From Pasteurella multocida (GTDB lineage Bacteria; Pseudomonadota; Gammaproteobacteria; Enterobacterales; Pasteurellaceae), in the NCBI RefSeq assembly GCF_900187275.1, contig NZ_LT906458.1, positions 1,890,001 through 1,922,000 on the forward strand: DNA of 32,000 bases, given 5' to 3'. Made by a program: the position numbers and the translations under genes. The notes below the pieces were generated by a model, which saw nothing but the letters and a program-made list of their open reading frames with translations, searched no databases and had not been told where the DNA came from. Below are positions 18,294 through 29,297 of this stretch, one piece after another. Every line of letters starts with the position of its first letter. Positions within the stretch are counted from its first letter, which is position 1.

Positions 18294-19319
18294 TTAACAA
18301 ATGGCTTGTTCACTATCCACTTCACCGTCTTCGTCAATAAAGCGAACTTCTGGTTGTAACCAGACAGCAAAGCGTTGAGCGACTTTTTGGCGAATGTGGT
18401 GTGCTAACTCTACCACGTCACTACTCGTTGCATCCTGTTGGTTGATCAGAACCAGCGCTTGTTGCTGGTGGACTGCAGCACCACCCAGTTGATACCCTTT
18501 CAAGCCACATTGATCAATGAGCCAACCTGCGGCTAATTTGACACGTCCGTCAGCTTGCGGAAAATGCGGTATGTCAGGATATTCTTGCTGTAAGTGATCA
18601 AAATCCACTTTACTAATGACTGGATTTTTGAAGAAACTACCGGCATTGCCGAATTCTGCTGGGTCAGGTAATTTACTACGTCGTATCGCACACACTTCGT
18701 CAAAAATTTGCTGGGCATTGACCGCACTTTTCTCCAAATTAGCCAGTGACCCATATTTTAAAACGGGTATCCAGTTTTTGCTGAGTTTCAAACCTACGGC
18801 AATGATTACATAGCCCGTGGCATAGGCGTGTTTAAAAATGCTGTCGCGATAACCAAATTGGCATTGTTCATTGCTAAGGCGAAAGATTTCATTCGTGTGT
18901 AAGTTGAGTACTTCCACATAGTCACACACATCTTTAAATTCCACACCATAAGCCCCGATGTTTTGGATTGGTGCTGAACCTGCACAACCCGGAATCAGTG
19001 CGAGATTTTCGAGCCCAAAGATGCCTTGCTGTATTGACCTCGCGACCAATTGATGCCAATTTTCTCCTCCATTGACATGTAAATAATGAAAATCAGCATC
19101 TTGTGTATGTTGAATGCCCATTAAGCGATTAAGCAAGACAACACCTTGAAAATCGCGTAAGAAAAGGACATTACTGCCTTGACCTAACAATAACACCGGT
19201 AGTTTATTGGTCTGACATGCAGCCCATTGTTGTTTCAGTTGCTCAATATCGGTAATTTCAATGATTTTCTGTGCTTGTACGGGCAGAGAAAAAGTATGAA
19301 AGGGTTGGAGATTTTGCAT
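18294..19319 (-). CDS. murB: UDP-N-acetylenolpyruvoylglucosamine reductase
   Basis: [60 protein letters not shown]; MurB hallmarks. Confidence 0.95.
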   Translation of the reverse strand: MQNLQPFHTFSLPVQAQKIIEITDIEQLKQQWAACQTNKLPVLLLGQGSNVLFLRDFQGVVLLNRLMGIQHTQDADFHYLHVNGGENWHQLVARSIQQGIFGLENLALIPGCAGSAPIQNIGAYGVEFKDVCDYVEVLNLHTNEIFRLSNEQCQFGYRDSIFKHAYATGYVIIAVGLKLSKNWIPVLKYGSLANLEKSAVNAQQIFDEVCAIRRSKLPDPAEFGNAGSFFKNPVISKVDFDHLQQEYPDIPHFPQADGRVKLAAGWLIDQCGLKGYQLGGAAVHQQQALVLINQQDATSSDVVELAHHIRQKVAQRFAVWLQPEVRFIDEDGEVDSEQAIC

Positions 19320-19322
19320 AGG

Positions 19323-19946
19323 TTATCCTTTATGGTTTCCTCTGATGATTTTTGTTTCGTTATTGACCAATATTGCTTGGTGATTGTCAATGGGTTGTAA
19401 CGGCAATGTCGTAGAATAAGTGTCAATGATCTTTTGTGCCGCCTCGACAAAAGGAAAATTGGTATAGTGTGGTACAACGTAAAAATCGACTAAATTAAGT
19501 GCTGTAAAATCGCGTAACATCGGTGCTTGGTCTAGGCTATCCATGTATTTGACGTAGTCGATATTGGGCGCGGTAATCATGGCACCTGCGGATTCGCCGA
19601 TATACATTTTGCCAGCTTGAATGTGTTGTTGAATGAGCTGTGCTGCCCCTGTGCGTGTTAATTCCTGCAGTAAAAAGAAGGTATTACCGCCACTGACATA
19701 GATCATCTCGTTTTTGGCTAATTTATCCGTGATTTCGGAAAGGCTTGCTGTCGAGAGATCAAGTTCATCAATGAACGCACCTTGTTGTAAGAAGGCATTT
19801 CTTGCATCATTAACATAAAACCTAACCTCTTCGACTTTGCTCGCTGTGGGAATAAACGTGATGCTTTTATTTTGGATATTACCCGCAAAATCAAGAAAGA
19901 GATCGAAGACATCAGCAAAAGAAGAGGCTAAAAATAATTTCTTCAT
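19323..19946 (-). CDS. Peptidase S51 family (dipeptidase E-like) protein
   Basis: 207 aa with IYVSGGNTFFLLQEL and IGESAGAMITAPNI nucleophile region. Confidence 0.85.
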   Translation of the reverse strand: MKKLFLASSFADVFDLFLDFAGNIQNKSITFIPTASKVEEVRFYVNDARNAFLQQGAFIDELDLSTASLSEITDKLAKNEMIYVSGGNTFFLLQELTRTGAAQLIQQHIQAGKMYIGESAGAMITAPNIDYVKYMDSLDQAPMLRDFTALNLVDFYVVPHYTNFPFVEAAQKIIDTYSTTLPLQPIDNHQAILVNNETKIIRGNHKG

Positions 19947-21649
19947 GTCAGATTCCTATTTTGATGTAATGTCAGTTTGATTTCAGTTCCCCCAGACGGG
20001 CGGTTTGCAATGCGTAAATGTGCATTAAGTTGTGTAGCATGTTCGTGCATGATATTTAAACCATAATGCCCTTCTGGTTCTTCTAAACTGGGGATACCAA
20101 TCCCATCGTCGCGCACAATAAACTCATATTCACCGTCTTCATTGATGTGAGCGATGACCTCGATCCTGTTGCCTTTTGAATGCTTAATCGCATTTAAGAC
20201 CGATTCACGTACGATCTGTAAAATGTGGACTAATTGTTTTGCATTAAAACTTTGTGCGGGCAGTGAACATTGCACGCACATTTGAATGTCGGTTTGATTT
20301 CGTAAAGAGTCAACCACTTGCTCGAGTGCTAATTTCAAATTGGCTTCTTGTACGGTCAAACGGAAAGTGGCTAACAATTCGCGCAGTTGCACATAGCCAT
20401 CACGCAAGGCTTGTTCAAAACTGGCAATAATATTGATGCTTTGTTGAGCCGCTTCTTCACTTTTTTGATTGATGTTATGTTTGAGCAACGTTAGCTGAAT
20501 TTGCAAAAATGCTAACACTTGCGCTAAAGAATCGTGCAATTCCCGTGCAATGATGGCGCGTTCCTCCATTAACAGTAATTGTTGTTGTTGACGTTGAGTT
20601 TTATGGAAATACAGAGTACGGCTTAAAATCTGTGCAATATTGCGCATGGTCCGTGGGTCAGGACAGGGAAATCCAGCTTGCCAATACAGCACTGCCAGTT
20701 TTTCGTCTTCAATTTGTAATGTCACTTCTTGGCAATCTTGATTGGCTTGTTTTTGCCCAAAACGGATATTCCAGTGCTCAGCCCCTTCGACCACTAATGC
20801 CATATAACGTAGATGCTCGCTAATAAAGATATTTTTTAACACGTGCTGCAAGATGCTTTCATCCACATTCGTGGTAGTAAGCTGTTGCGAACTTTCATAC
20901 AGCATAGTTAAAGAGCGGTTTGTTTGACGTAACTTTTGGGTTTTTTCATTCACGCTCTCTTCTAATGAGGAATACAGCTTTTCCAGTTCACTCGACATTT
21001 GGCTAAACGCCCGGGCTAAGTTACCCAATTCATCTTCTTTTTGTGTATCGACTTTGACATGGCTAAATTGGCGCATTTGCACTTGAATACTGGCTTGCGT
21101 GAGTTGTTTAAGGGGCATAACGACTTCTTTACGCGCATACCACACCACATAAGCCACCATCGCAATAATCGGCAGCATGGATAATGACATGATCAAGACC
21201 GCGATAATCCACTTCTTTTCCGCAAAGCGTTGTAGGGTAAAGACAAATTGATCGACTTGTGCCACATAATCTGCAATTTCGTTTTTATAGGCGTTGATTT
21301 CACGTTGTTTCGCATAGCGCTCCATGCGTTCCCAGCGCTTGATCAGCTGGTGGTAGGACTGTTTGACTTCGTCAGGAACAAACCATTGATCAATTTCCAG
21401 TAGGGCGGGGGAATGTAAGCTGATGCGATATTGGCGTAAACCGGTTTCGACCAGTTCGGGATGATGTTCCAGCTCATGTAATAAACGATAGCTTTGCATA
21501 CGTAATGAACCGGACACGTTAATGGATTCGGCATCAGATTTATTGCTAGCCATGATCATCAAGCTGAGACTCGTAATGACGCCCGCAAAAATCATGATGA
21601 TAAAGAGGTAATTTGCGATTTTAGTAGAAACAGAGTGCTTGATTTTCAC
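19943..21649 (-). CDS. narQ: Nitrate/nitrite sensor histidine kinase NarQ
   Basis: 568 aa; P-box-like SLRMQSYRLLHELE, HAMP, ARELHDSLAQVLAFLQIQLTLLK, HATPase DDGIGIP; GTG start; stop overlaps next gene; adjacent to nap operon. Confidence 0.9.
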   Translation of the reverse strand: MKIKHSVSTKIANYLFIIMIFAGVITSLSLMIMASNKSDAESINVSGSLRMQSYRLLHELEHHPELVETGLRQYRISLHSPALLEIDQWFVPDEVKQSYHQLIKRWERMERYAKQREINAYKNEIADYVAQVDQFVFTLQRFAEKKWIIAVLIMSLSMLPIIAMVAYVVWYARKEVVMPLKQLTQASIQVQMRQFSHVKVDTQKEDELGNLARAFSQMSSELEKLYSSLEESVNEKTQKLRQTNRSLTMLYESSQQLTTTNVDESILQHVLKNIFISEHLRYMALVVEGAEHWNIRFGQKQANQDCQEVTLQIEDEKLAVLYWQAGFPCPDPRTMRNIAQILSRTLYFHKTQRQQQQLLLMEERAIIARELHDSLAQVLAFLQIQLTLLKHNINQKSEEAAQQSINIIASFEQALRDGYVQLRELLATFRLTVQEANLKLALEQVVDSLRNQTDIQMCVQCSLPAQSFNAKQLVHILQIVRESVLNAIKHSKGNRIEVIAHINEDGEYEFIVRDDGIGIPSLEEPEGHYGLNIMHEHATQLNAHLRIANRPSGGTEIKLTLHQNRNLT

Positions 21650-21725
21650 GGCGTCCCTTTTCAGCTTGGAAATAACTTAGCTAGTGTAGCAAAAAAACCG
21701 CTATTTTTTTACTGATAAATAAAAA

Positions 21726-21739
21726 TTGATCTAGCACAA
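21726..21739 (+). promoter_or_regulatory. Candidate FNR site of the nap operon
   Basis: TTGAT-CTAG-CACAA, 8/10 to FNR consensus, about 112 nt before the napF ATG. Confidence 0.4.
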
Positions 21740-21844
21740 GAAAAAGCGGATTTCCTGTTTAAATACTCAATTTGGGTAGTATGAATTTTGACCTCTCTCT
21801 CCATAATGGCAGATCTAAAGAAAGGCAAATTGAAGGAATCGCGC

Positions 21845-22384
21845 ATGACTGTTGAAAACGTATCTCGTCGCCATTTTCTGCGCGGGCAGTTTTTAACTTC
21901 TTTACAGTCAGAAAAAGTCAAAATCCAAGGTTTTCAGGGGATTCGCCCTCCTTGGAGTGTTGATGAGCAGCGCTTTATCCAAGATTGTGATCGCTGTGGC
22001 GATTGTATTGCTGTCTGTGAAACACAAATTCTTATCAAAGGAGAAGGTGGTTTTCCAGAAGTGCAATTTCGTCATGGTGAATGCACCTTTTGCCATAAAT
22101 GCGTGGATGTTTGTCAGCAACCGGTGTTTAGACCACTCAGTGAACTGGCTTGGACACATAAAGTTGCAATTAACAAGCAATGTTTAACATCAAAAGCCGT
22201 AGAGTGTCGAAGCTGTGAAGACAGTTGTGAAATGCGTGCGATTTATTTTAAACGCCAACTTGGCGGCATTTCACAACCCCTATTAGCGTTAGAAAACTGT
22301 AATGGCTGTGGCGCCTGTTTACGCAGTTGTCCGGTGTCAGCGATTACCTTGTCATTGGGACAACAACATCAAGTAGAAAAATAA
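21845..22384 (+). CDS. napF: Ferredoxin-type protein NapF
   Basis: MTVENVSRRHFLRGQFL; several 4Fe-4S motifs (CDRCGDCIAVCE, CTFCHKCVDVC, CNGCGACLRSC). ATG at 21845 preferred over the ORF start 21788. Confidence 0.93.
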   Translation: MTVENVSRRHFLRGQFLTSLQSEKVKIQGFQGIRPPWSVDEQRFIQDCDRCGDCIAVCETQILIKGEGGFPEVQFRHGECTFCHKCVDVCQQPVFRPLSELAWTHKVAINKQCLTSKAVECRSCEDSCEMRAIYFKRQLGGISQPLLALENCNGCGACLRSCPVSAITLSLGQQHQVEK

Positions 22385-22660
22385 ATGACTGAACAAATCA
22401 CAATGGAAAATGCGAAAAATTGGCATGTCTGTGGGCTTGTGATTCAAGGGAATCCCCAAAAATTAGAAGCAATTCAGACCGCACTTTTAGCAATACCGTA
22501 TACGGAAATTCCTGCATTGGACGCGGAAACCGGTAAGCTTGTTGTGGTGATGCAATCGCACGATCAACATCTTTTACATCAACAAATGGAAGCGACACGC
22601 GATATTGACGGCGTCATTGACGTGTCCTTGGTTTACCATCAACAAGACGAAAACGAATAA
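22385..22660 (+). CDS. napD: Periplasmic nitrate reductase assembly chaperone NapD
   Basis: 91 aa, NWHVCGLVIQGNPQKLEAIQTALLAIPYTEI...GVIDVSLVYHQ; between napF and napA. Confidence 0.93.
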   Translation: MTEQITMENAKNWHVCGLVIQGNPQKLEAIQTALLAIPYTEIPALDAETGKLVVVMQSHDQHLLHQQMEATRDIDGVIDVSLVYHQQDENE

Positions 22661-22694
22661 AACATCACATAATTCAATATAGTGGGGGAACGCT

Positions 22695-25187
22695 ATGAAG
22701 ATGAATTTAAGTCGTCGTGACTTTATGAAAACCAATGCGGCGGTTGCAGCTGCGGCGGTTGCTGGCTTGGCTATTCCAGTTAAGAATGTGGAAGCGTCGC
22801 CAGATAAAATTATTAAATGGGATAAAGCGCCTTGCCGTTTCTGTGGTACGGGTTGTAGCGTGTTAGTGGGGACACAAAATGGACGCGTTGTTGCTTCGCA
22901 AGGAGATCCTGATGCGGATGTGAACCGTGGGTTGAACTGTATTAAAGGTTATTTCTTACCAAAAATCATGTACGGTAAAGACCGCTTAACTTCTCCGATG
23001 TTACGGATGACAAACGGTAAGTTTGATAAACACGGCGAATTTACTCCGGTGTCTTGGGATCAAGCCTTTACGATCATGGCAGAAAAATTCAAAAAAGCCT
23101 TGAAAGAAAAAGGACCAAATGGGGCAGGCATGTTCACTTCTGGACAATCTACCATTTTTGAAGGGATTGCCAAATCCAAATTGTTTAAAGCGGGACTCCG
23201 TTCAAATAATATTGACCCGAATGCACGCCATTGTATGGCATCAGCAGCGGTTGCCTTTATGCGTACTTTTGGTATGGATGAGCCAATGGGGTGTTATGAT
23301 GACATCGAAAAGGCCGATGCATTTGTGTTGTGGGGATCAAATATGGCAGAAATGCACCCGATTTTGTGGTCGCGTATTTCGGATCGCCGTTTATCTCATC
23401 CAGATGTGAAAGTCGCTGTCTTATCTACTTTTGAGCACCGTTCTTTTGAATTAGCTGATTTGGGTGTCATTTTTACGCCACAATCTGATTTGGCGATCAT
23501 GAACTACATTGCCAATTACCTGATTCAACATGATGCGATTGATCATGACTTTATTCAAAAACACACCAAATTCAAGCGTGGTGAAACAGATATCGGTTAT
23601 GGCTTGCGTGAAACCCACGAATTAGAAAAAGCGGCGAAAAACGTGAAAACTGCGGGCAAAATGCACGACAGTGATTTCGAAGAATATAAAAAATTAGTCG
23701 CACCATACACCTTAGAAAAAGCCCATGAAATTTCAGGGGTACCGAAAGAACAACTTGAAGCACTGGCTAAGATGTATGCCGATCCAAAACTGAATATCGT
23801 GTCTTTCTGGACCATGGGTTTCAACCAACATACACGTGGTGTGTGGGCAAACCACTTAATCTATAACATTCATTTATTAACCGGCAAAATCTCTAAACCA
23901 GGGTGTGGACCGTTCTCGCTAACGGGTCAACCTTCTGCCTGCGGTACCGCGCGTGAGGTCGGCACCTTTGCACACCGTTTACCCGCAGATTTGGTAGTCA
24001 CTAATCCTAAACACGTTGAAAAAGCCGAGAAACTGTGGAAGTTGCCAAAAGGCGTGATTCAAACTCAAGTAGGTTATCACGCGGTAGCACAAGACCGTGC
24101 GTTAAAAGATAAGAAAATGAATGTGTTATGGCAAATGTGTACCAATAACATGCAAGGCGGTCCAAACATCAACCAAGAGCGTTTCCCGGGTTGGCGTGAC
24201 GAAGAAAACTTTGTGATTGTATCTGATCCTTATCCAACGGTTTCTGCTCTTGCTGCTGACTTAATTTTACCGACAGCGATGTGGGTAGAAAAAGAAGGAG
24301 CTTATGGTAACGCAGAGCGCCGTACGCAATTCTGGTATCAACAAGTCAAAGCACCGGGTGAGTCAAAATCGGACGTGTGGCAATTAGTGGAGTTTTCTAA
24401 ATATTTCACTACCGATGAAATGTGGCCAGCGGAAGTACTTGCGGCGAACCCTGAATATAAAGGTAAAACCTTGTATGAAGTGTTATTCCGTAATGGTCAA
24501 GTGGATAAATTCCAAGTACCAACGGATAAACCAGGTTACATGAATGATGAAGCAGAACACTTTGGCTTCTATTTACAAAAAGGCTTGTTTGAAGAGTATG
24601 CCGTGTTTGGTCGCGGACATGGTCATGATTTAGCAGACTTTGAAACTTACCATAAAGCACGTGGCTTACGCTGGCCAGTGGTGGATGGCAAAGAAACCTT
24701 ATGGCGTTATCGTGAAGGTTATGACCCTTACGTCAAAGAAGGCGAAGGGGTGGCGTTCTATGGCTATCCAGACAAAAAAGCAATTATTCTTGCCGTTCCT
24801 TATGAGCCACCAGCAGAAGCACCGAATGCGGAATATGACTTGTGGTTAACGACGGGGCGGGTCTTAGAACATTGGCATACGGGTACGATGACACGCCGTG
24901 TCCCAGAGCTCCATCGCTCCTTCCCAAATAACTTGGTTTGGATGCACCCATTAGATGCGAAAAAACGTGGTTTACGTCATGGCGATAAAGTGAAGATCAG
25001 CTCACGTCGTGGCGAAATGATTTCTCACTTAGATACCCGTGGACGTAATAAAGTCCCACAAGGCTTAGTTTACACCACTTTCTTTGATGCAGGTCAGTTA
25101 GCAAACTATCTCACTTTAGATGCGACAGACCCAATTTCAAAAGAAACGGACTTCAAAAAATGTGCGGTCAAAGTGGAAAAAGCGTAA
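22695..25187 (+). CDS. napA: Periplasmic nitrate reductase catalytic subunit
   Basis: 830 aa; Tat signal [63 protein letters not shown]. Confidence 0.98.
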   Translation: MKMNLSRRDFMKTNAAVAAAAVAGLAIPVKNVEASPDKIIKWDKAPCRFCGTGCSVLVGTQNGRVVASQGDPDADVNRGLNCIKGYFLPKIMYGKDRLTSPMLRMTNGKFDKHGEFTPVSWDQAFTIMAEKFKKALKEKGPNGAGMFTSGQSTIFEGIAKSKLFKAGLRSNNIDPNARHCMASAAVAFMRTFGMDEPMGCYDDIEKADAFVLWGSNMAEMHPILWSRISDRRLSHPDVKVAVLSTFEHRSFELADLGVIFTPQSDLAIMNYIANYLIQHDAIDHDFIQKHTKFKRGETDIGYGLRETHELEKAAKNVKTAGKMHDSDFEEYKKLVAPYTLEKAHEISGVPKEQLEALAKMYADPKLNIVSFWTMGFNQHTRGVWANHLIYNIHLLTGKISKPGCGPFSLTGQPSACGTAREVGTFAHRLPADLVVTNPKHVEKAEKLWKLPKGVIQTQVGYHAVAQDRALKDKKMNVLWQMCTNNMQGGPNINQERFPGWRDEENFVIVSDPYPTVSALAADLILPTAMWVEKEGAYGNAERRTQFWYQQVKAPGESKSDVWQLVEFSKYFTTDEMWPAEVLAANPEYKGKTLYEVLFRNGQVDKFQVPTDKPGYMNDEAEHFGFYLQKGLFEEYAVFGRGHGHDLADFETYHKARGLRWPVVDGKETLWRYREGYDPYVKEGEGVAFYGYPDKKAIILAVPYEPPAEAPNAEYDLWLTTGRVLEHWHTGTMTRRVPELHRSFPNNLVWMHPLDAKKRGLRHGDKVKISSRRGEMISHLDTRGRNKVPQGLVYTTFFDAGQLANYLTLDATDPISKETDFKKCAVKVEKA

Positions 25188-25210
25188 CACGTTAAATTTA
25201 ATGAGGAACG

Positions 25211-25239
25211 ACCGCACTTTGCTTTCAGTAAAGTGCGGT
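25211..25239. repeat. Inverted pair of uptake signal sequences between napA and napG
   Basis: ACCGCACTTT-GCTTTCAGT-AAAGTGCGGT, perfect 10-bp stem, 9-nt loop, not followed by a T-run. Confidence 0.95.
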
Positions 25240-25250
25240 TGGAAAGTCGA

Positions 25251-26003
25251 ATGAAAAAAACAGTTGTGAATCCTGAACGTCGTCGATTTTTTAAAGAGGC
25301 TACGCGCACTGCAGGCGGGTTGGCAGGGGTGACTTTGCTCCTTGGTTTGCAACAAAAGCAGAGTCTTGCGCGCGAAGGCGTGGCGTTACGCCCACCTTTT
25401 GCCCTTGAGAATGAGAAAGCGTTTTCTGCTGCGTGCATTCGTTGTGGTCAGTGTGTACAAGCCTGTCCACATGAGATGTTGCATCTTGCCTCACTGATTT
25501 CACCGATGGAAGCAGGTACACCGTATTTCATTGCGCGCGATAAGCCCTGTGAAATGTGTGTGGATATTCCTTGTGCAAAAGCCTGCCCAACCGGTGCATT
25601 GGATAATCAAGCAACAGAAATCGATGATGCGCGTATGGGGTTAGCTGTCCTGCTAGATCATGAAACTTGTCTGAACTGGCAAGGTTTACGCTGTGATGTG
25701 TGTTATCGCGTCTGTCCGCTGATTAATAAAGCGATTACGTTAGTGATGCATCGTAATGAGCGTACGGGTAAGCACGCCGTCTTTATCCCAACAGTGCATT
25801 CCGAAGCCTGTACAGGATGTGGCAAATGTGAAGAAGCTTGCGTTCTAGAAGAAGCGGCAATCAAAGTGTTACCGATGGCATTAGCGAAAGGCATGTTAGG
25901 TAAACATTACCGTTTAGGTTGGGAAGAGAAAGAAAAAGCCGGGCATTCCCTTGCGCCAGAAGGCATTATTTCTCTCCCGACTCGGTTACCGGAGAGCTTG
26001 TAA
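25251..26003 (+). CDS. napG: Ferredoxin-type protein NapG
   Basis: [26 protein letters not shown]; [54 protein letters not shown] 25251 chosen over the GTG at 25233 inside the hairpin. Confidence 0.93.
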   Translation: MKKTVVNPERRRFFKEATRTAGGLAGVTLLLGLQQKQSLAREGVALRPPFALENEKAFSAACIRCGQCVQACPHEMLHLASLISPMEAGTPYFIARDKPCEMCVDIPCAKACPTGALDNQATEIDDARMGLAVLLDHETCLNWQGLRCDVCYRVCPLINKAITLVMHRNERTGKHAVFIPTVHSEACTGCGKCEEACVLEEAAIKVLPMALAKGMLGKHYRLGWEEKEKAGHSLAPEGIISLPTRLPESL

Positions 26004-26878
26004 TGGCAAATTCACCAAAATATGCGGGTAAAGAAGCACGAGAAAAGTTAGGCTGGTGGTACGCCAATCGCTTTTTGTTCTGGCGACGTTTAACCCAGCT
26101 GAGTATTCTTGCCATGTTTTTAAGCGGACCTTATTTTGGGGTGTGGATCTTGAAAGGCAATTACAGTAGTAGTCTTTTGCTTGATTTGATCCCGATGACT
26201 GATCCTTTGATTATGGCAGAAAGTCTCGCGACCGGTTTTATGCCTACCATGACCGCGTTGTTGGGTGCCCTGATTGTGGTGGTGCTTTATGCCATTTTAG
26301 GGAGTCGCGTTTTCTGTGCTTGGGTTTGTCCGTTAAACATCGTGACAGATGCGTCCGCTTGGCTCAGACGTAAATTAGAAATTCGTCAATCGGCAAAACT
26401 CCCACGAAGTTTACGCTATGCGATCTTAGTGATGATTTTGTTAGGCAGTGCGCTAAGCGGGTTATTACTTTGGGAATGGCTCAATCCGGTTGCAGCACTA
26501 GGTCGTGCGTTAATTTACGGTTTCGGTGCGACAGTTTGGCTTGTTCTTGCGGTGTTTTTATTTGATTTATTTATTGTCGAGCATGGTTGGTGTGGGCATT
26601 TATGCCCAATAGGTGCAGCCTATGGTGTGATTGGTGCGAAAGGACTTTTTCGTATCAAAGTTGAGCATCGCCAACAATGTGATAATTGCATGGATTGCTA
26701 TAACGTCTGTCCAGAACCACAAGTGTTACGCGATCCATTACATGCAAAAAAGAGTGAAAGCCCACTTGTGCTTTCAAAAGATTGTATCAGCTGTGGACGT
26801 TGTATCGACGTTTGCCCTGAAAAAGTATTTATTTTTACAACACGATTTAATCATTCAGTTAATCATTCGGGGGAGTGA
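26003..26878 (+). CDS. napH: Quinol dehydrogenase ferredoxin subunit NapH
   Basis: [24 protein letters not shown]; TMs; CVWVCPLNIVTD-type motif and two C-terminal 4Fe-4S motifs. TAATG overlap with napG. Confidence 0.92.
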   Translation: MANSPKYAGKEAREKLGWWYANRFLFWRRLTQLSILAMFLSGPYFGVWILKGNYSSSLLLDLIPMTDPLIMAESLATGFMPTMTALLGALIVVVLYAILGSRVFCAWVCPLNIVTDASAWLRRKLEIRQSAKLPRSLRYAILVMILLGSALSGLLLWEWLNPVAALGRALIYGFGATVWLVLAVFLFDLFIVEHGWCGHLCPIGAAYGVIGAKGLFRIKVEHRQQCDNCMDCYNVCPEPQVLRDPLHAKKSESPLVLSKDCISCGRCIDVCPEKVFIFTTRFNHSVNHSGE

Positions 26879-26883
26879 TCAAA

Positions 26884-27309
26884 ATGAAAAAAACAATGCT
26901 AATTTTGACCGCACTTTTTGCCTTCACGGTCAATGCCAATGAAGTCAAAGTGGGCAAAAGTTTACAAGATTCACCTGAAAATATCGCGCCAGCCTTCCAC
27001 AATACACCAAAAGAAAGTGGCTTGGCGCCGTTAAACTATGTGAACCAACCACCGATGGTGCCACACGCGACGAAAAACTATCAGGTGACGAAAAATATCA
27101 ACCAATGTTTAACTTGTCATAGCCCAGAAGCCTCACGTGTTACTGGTGCAACACGCATCAGTCCAACCCACTTTATGGATCGTGATGGTAACATTGTCGG
27201 AGGCACCTCACCTCGCCGTTACTTCTGTTTACAATGCCATGTCTCTCAATCTGATGTTGAGCCGATTATTCAAAATGAATTTAAACCGATGGCTGGTTTT
27301 GGTAAATAA
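26884..27309 (+). CDS. napB: Nitrate reductase diheme cytochrome c subunit NapB
   Basis: Signal peptide, two CXXCH motifs (CLTCH, CLQCH). Confidence 0.95.
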   Translation: MKKTMLILTALFAFTVNANEVKVGKSLQDSPENIAPAFHNTPKESGLAPLNYVNQPPMVPHATKNYQVTKNINQCLTCHSPEASRVTGATRISPTHFMDRDGNIVGGTSPRRYFCLQCHVSQSDVEPIIQNEFKPMAGFGK

Positions 27310-27324
27310 GTTAAGGACGGAACT

Positions 27325-27918
27325 ATGTTGAACTTAATTAAACGCTTTTGGAAATGGTTTCGCTCGCCCAGTCGTATTGCCGTTGGTACCTTGATTACCC
27401 TTGCTTTTATTGCAGGTATTGTCTCTTGGGTTGGGTTTAATTATGGCTTAGAGCAAACCAATACAGAGGAATTCTGTGTTAGTTGTCACAGTAATGATGT
27501 GTATCCAGAATATTTACATACGGCGCATTATTTAAATCGCAGTGGAGTAAAAGCCACTTGTCCTGATTGCCATGTACCGCACGAATTTATTCCAAAAATG
27601 ATCCGTAAAGTCCAAGCCAGTCGAGAAGTGTATGCGCATCTTATGGGTTATACGGATACCATTGATAAATTTAACTCCCGTCGTTTGCATATGGCAGAAC
27701 GTGAATGGGCACGATTAAAAGCCAATAACTCGCAGGAATGCCGTAACTGCCATAACTTTGAGAATATGGATTTTAGTCAGCAAAAAACGGTGGCGGAAAA
27801 AATGCATGCACTTGCTATAAAAGAAGAAAAAACCTGTATTGACTGTCACAAAGGGATTGCGCACCAATTACCGGATATGAGCGGTGTTGAGTCGGGTTTT
27901 AGTACGGAACAAAAATAA
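27325..27918 (+). CDS. napC: NapC/NirT family tetraheme cytochrome c
   Basis: N-terminal TM; four CXXCH motifs (CVSCH, CPDCH, CRNCH, CIDCH). Confidence 0.94.
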   Translation: MLNLIKRFWKWFRSPSRIAVGTLITLAFIAGIVSWVGFNYGLEQTNTEEFCVSCHSNDVYPEYLHTAHYLNRSGVKATCPDCHVPHEFIPKMIRKVQASREVYAHLMGYTDTIDKFNSRRLHMAEREWARLKANNSQECRNCHNFENMDFSQQKTVAEKMHALAIKEEKTCIDCHKGIAHQLPDMSGVESGFSTEQK

Positions 27919-27941
27919 CACTTTTCTTGTTCTCCCACAGG

Positions 27942-27978
27942 AAATCTGCATCGTATTCAGGTGCAGATTTTTTTATTT
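27942..27978 (+). terminator. Rho-independent terminator of the nap operon
   Basis: AAATCTGCA-N11-TGCAGATTT followed by T-rich tail. Confidence 0.88.
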
Positions 27979-28070
27979 TTACGATCATCCTCACAACCTT
28001 TTCGCTGATAAATAGGATACAACGCTAGCTACACGCTATCTTGCTGCTTTTTGTGTTGTTGTGAGGGATT

Positions 28071-29192
28071 ATGTCATCTTATCTGCCTCTTTTATTACGT
28101 TTGTTACAAATTCCGCGTTTGGGTTCGCTGGCGATCCAGCGTTTATTGGAGCACATCAGTCCAGCGGAATTAATGGAATATGATACAAAAGCCTTTCAAC
28201 AGATAGGCTGGACGGCACAGCAGATTCAGCGTTGGTTTACGCCTGAGAACCGTTATATTGATCCCGCGTTAGCCTGGGTAAACGAACAACAACATATTGT
28301 GGATTGGTTTGATCCTCATTATCCTCCCTTGTTAAAGCAAACAGAAGAGGCACCACTTGTCTTGTTTGTGAAAGGGGAAGTGGCTACGCTATCTGCACAG
28401 CAAGTGGCGATCGTGGGCAGTCGTCATTGTTCACGTTATGGGGAATACTGGGCAAATTATTTCGCCACTCAACTGGCTTATGCCGATATTGTGGTGACCA
28501 GTGGTTTAGCGTTAGGTATTGATGGTTTCTCACATCAAGCGGTAGTGGATATCCACGGGAAGACGATTGCAGTATTAGGCAGTGGTTTAGAGGTCATTTA
28601 TCCGAAAAAACACCGAGGTTTAGCCGAAAAAATTATTGAACATCAAGGTGCGTTAGTGTCTGAATTTTTACCTTTCCAACCCCCTGTGGCAGAAAATTTT
28701 CCACGTCGTAATCGCATTATTAGTGGTTTATCTTTGGGGACATTAGTCATTGAAGCCTCAGAAAACAGTGGTTCTTTAATTACTGCCCGCTATGCTTTAG
28801 AGCAAAATCGAGATGTTTTTGCGTTACCGGGGCAGATTCAGCATGGATTTAGCCAAGGTTGTCATAAACTGATTAAACAGGGGGCAATATTAGTCGAAAG
28901 TATTCAGGATATTTTAGAACATCTCTCGCCTTATTCGCATTGTGCCATGCCAGCGTTGCCTCGTACGGAGAACGCCTTTTCTCAACAAGTAACAGACACA
29001 TCAACCATCAATACTGCGCGGATAACGCCAGAACATCCGGAATTATATGCCAAAATTGGCTATATGCCCGTCAGTATTGATGTATTAGCCCAACAAGTCA
29101 ATCTACCTATTGATACCTTATTAGTACAGCTTTTAACCTTGGAATTGCAAGACTTGATTGTTGCTGAAAATGGATTATATCAGCGCAAATAA
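28071..29192 (+). CDS. dprA: DNA-processing protein DprA
   Basis: [60 protein letters not shown]; Rossmann DprA hallmarks. Confidence 0.95.
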   Translation: MSSYLPLLLRLLQIPRLGSLAIQRLLEHISPAELMEYDTKAFQQIGWTAQQIQRWFTPENRYIDPALAWVNEQQHIVDWFDPHYPPLLKQTEEAPLVLFVKGEVATLSAQQVAIVGSRHCSRYGEYWANYFATQLAYADIVVTSGLALGIDGFSHQAVVDIHGKTIAVLGSGLEVIYPKKHRGLAEKIIEHQGALVSEFLPFQPPVAENFPRRNRIISGLSLGTLVIEASENSGSLITARYALEQNRDVFALPGQIQHGFSQGCHKLIKQGAILVESIQDILEHLSPYSHCAMPALPRTENAFSQQVTDTSTINTARITPEHPELYAKIGYMPVSIDVLAQQVNLPIDTLLVQLLTLELQDLIVAENGLYQRK

Positions 29193-29297
29193 CGGAAAGA
29201 GTAACCACAAATGAGAAAGGACTGTGTTGAAACGGCTATCAACATCAGTCCTTGCAGTATATTATCTCATATGACACGAGACGGCAGTTTCATGAGA

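Noticed and set aside
27137-27331. Plus-strand 64-aa ORF inside napB
   Set aside because: Alternative frame of a clear diheme cytochrome gene.
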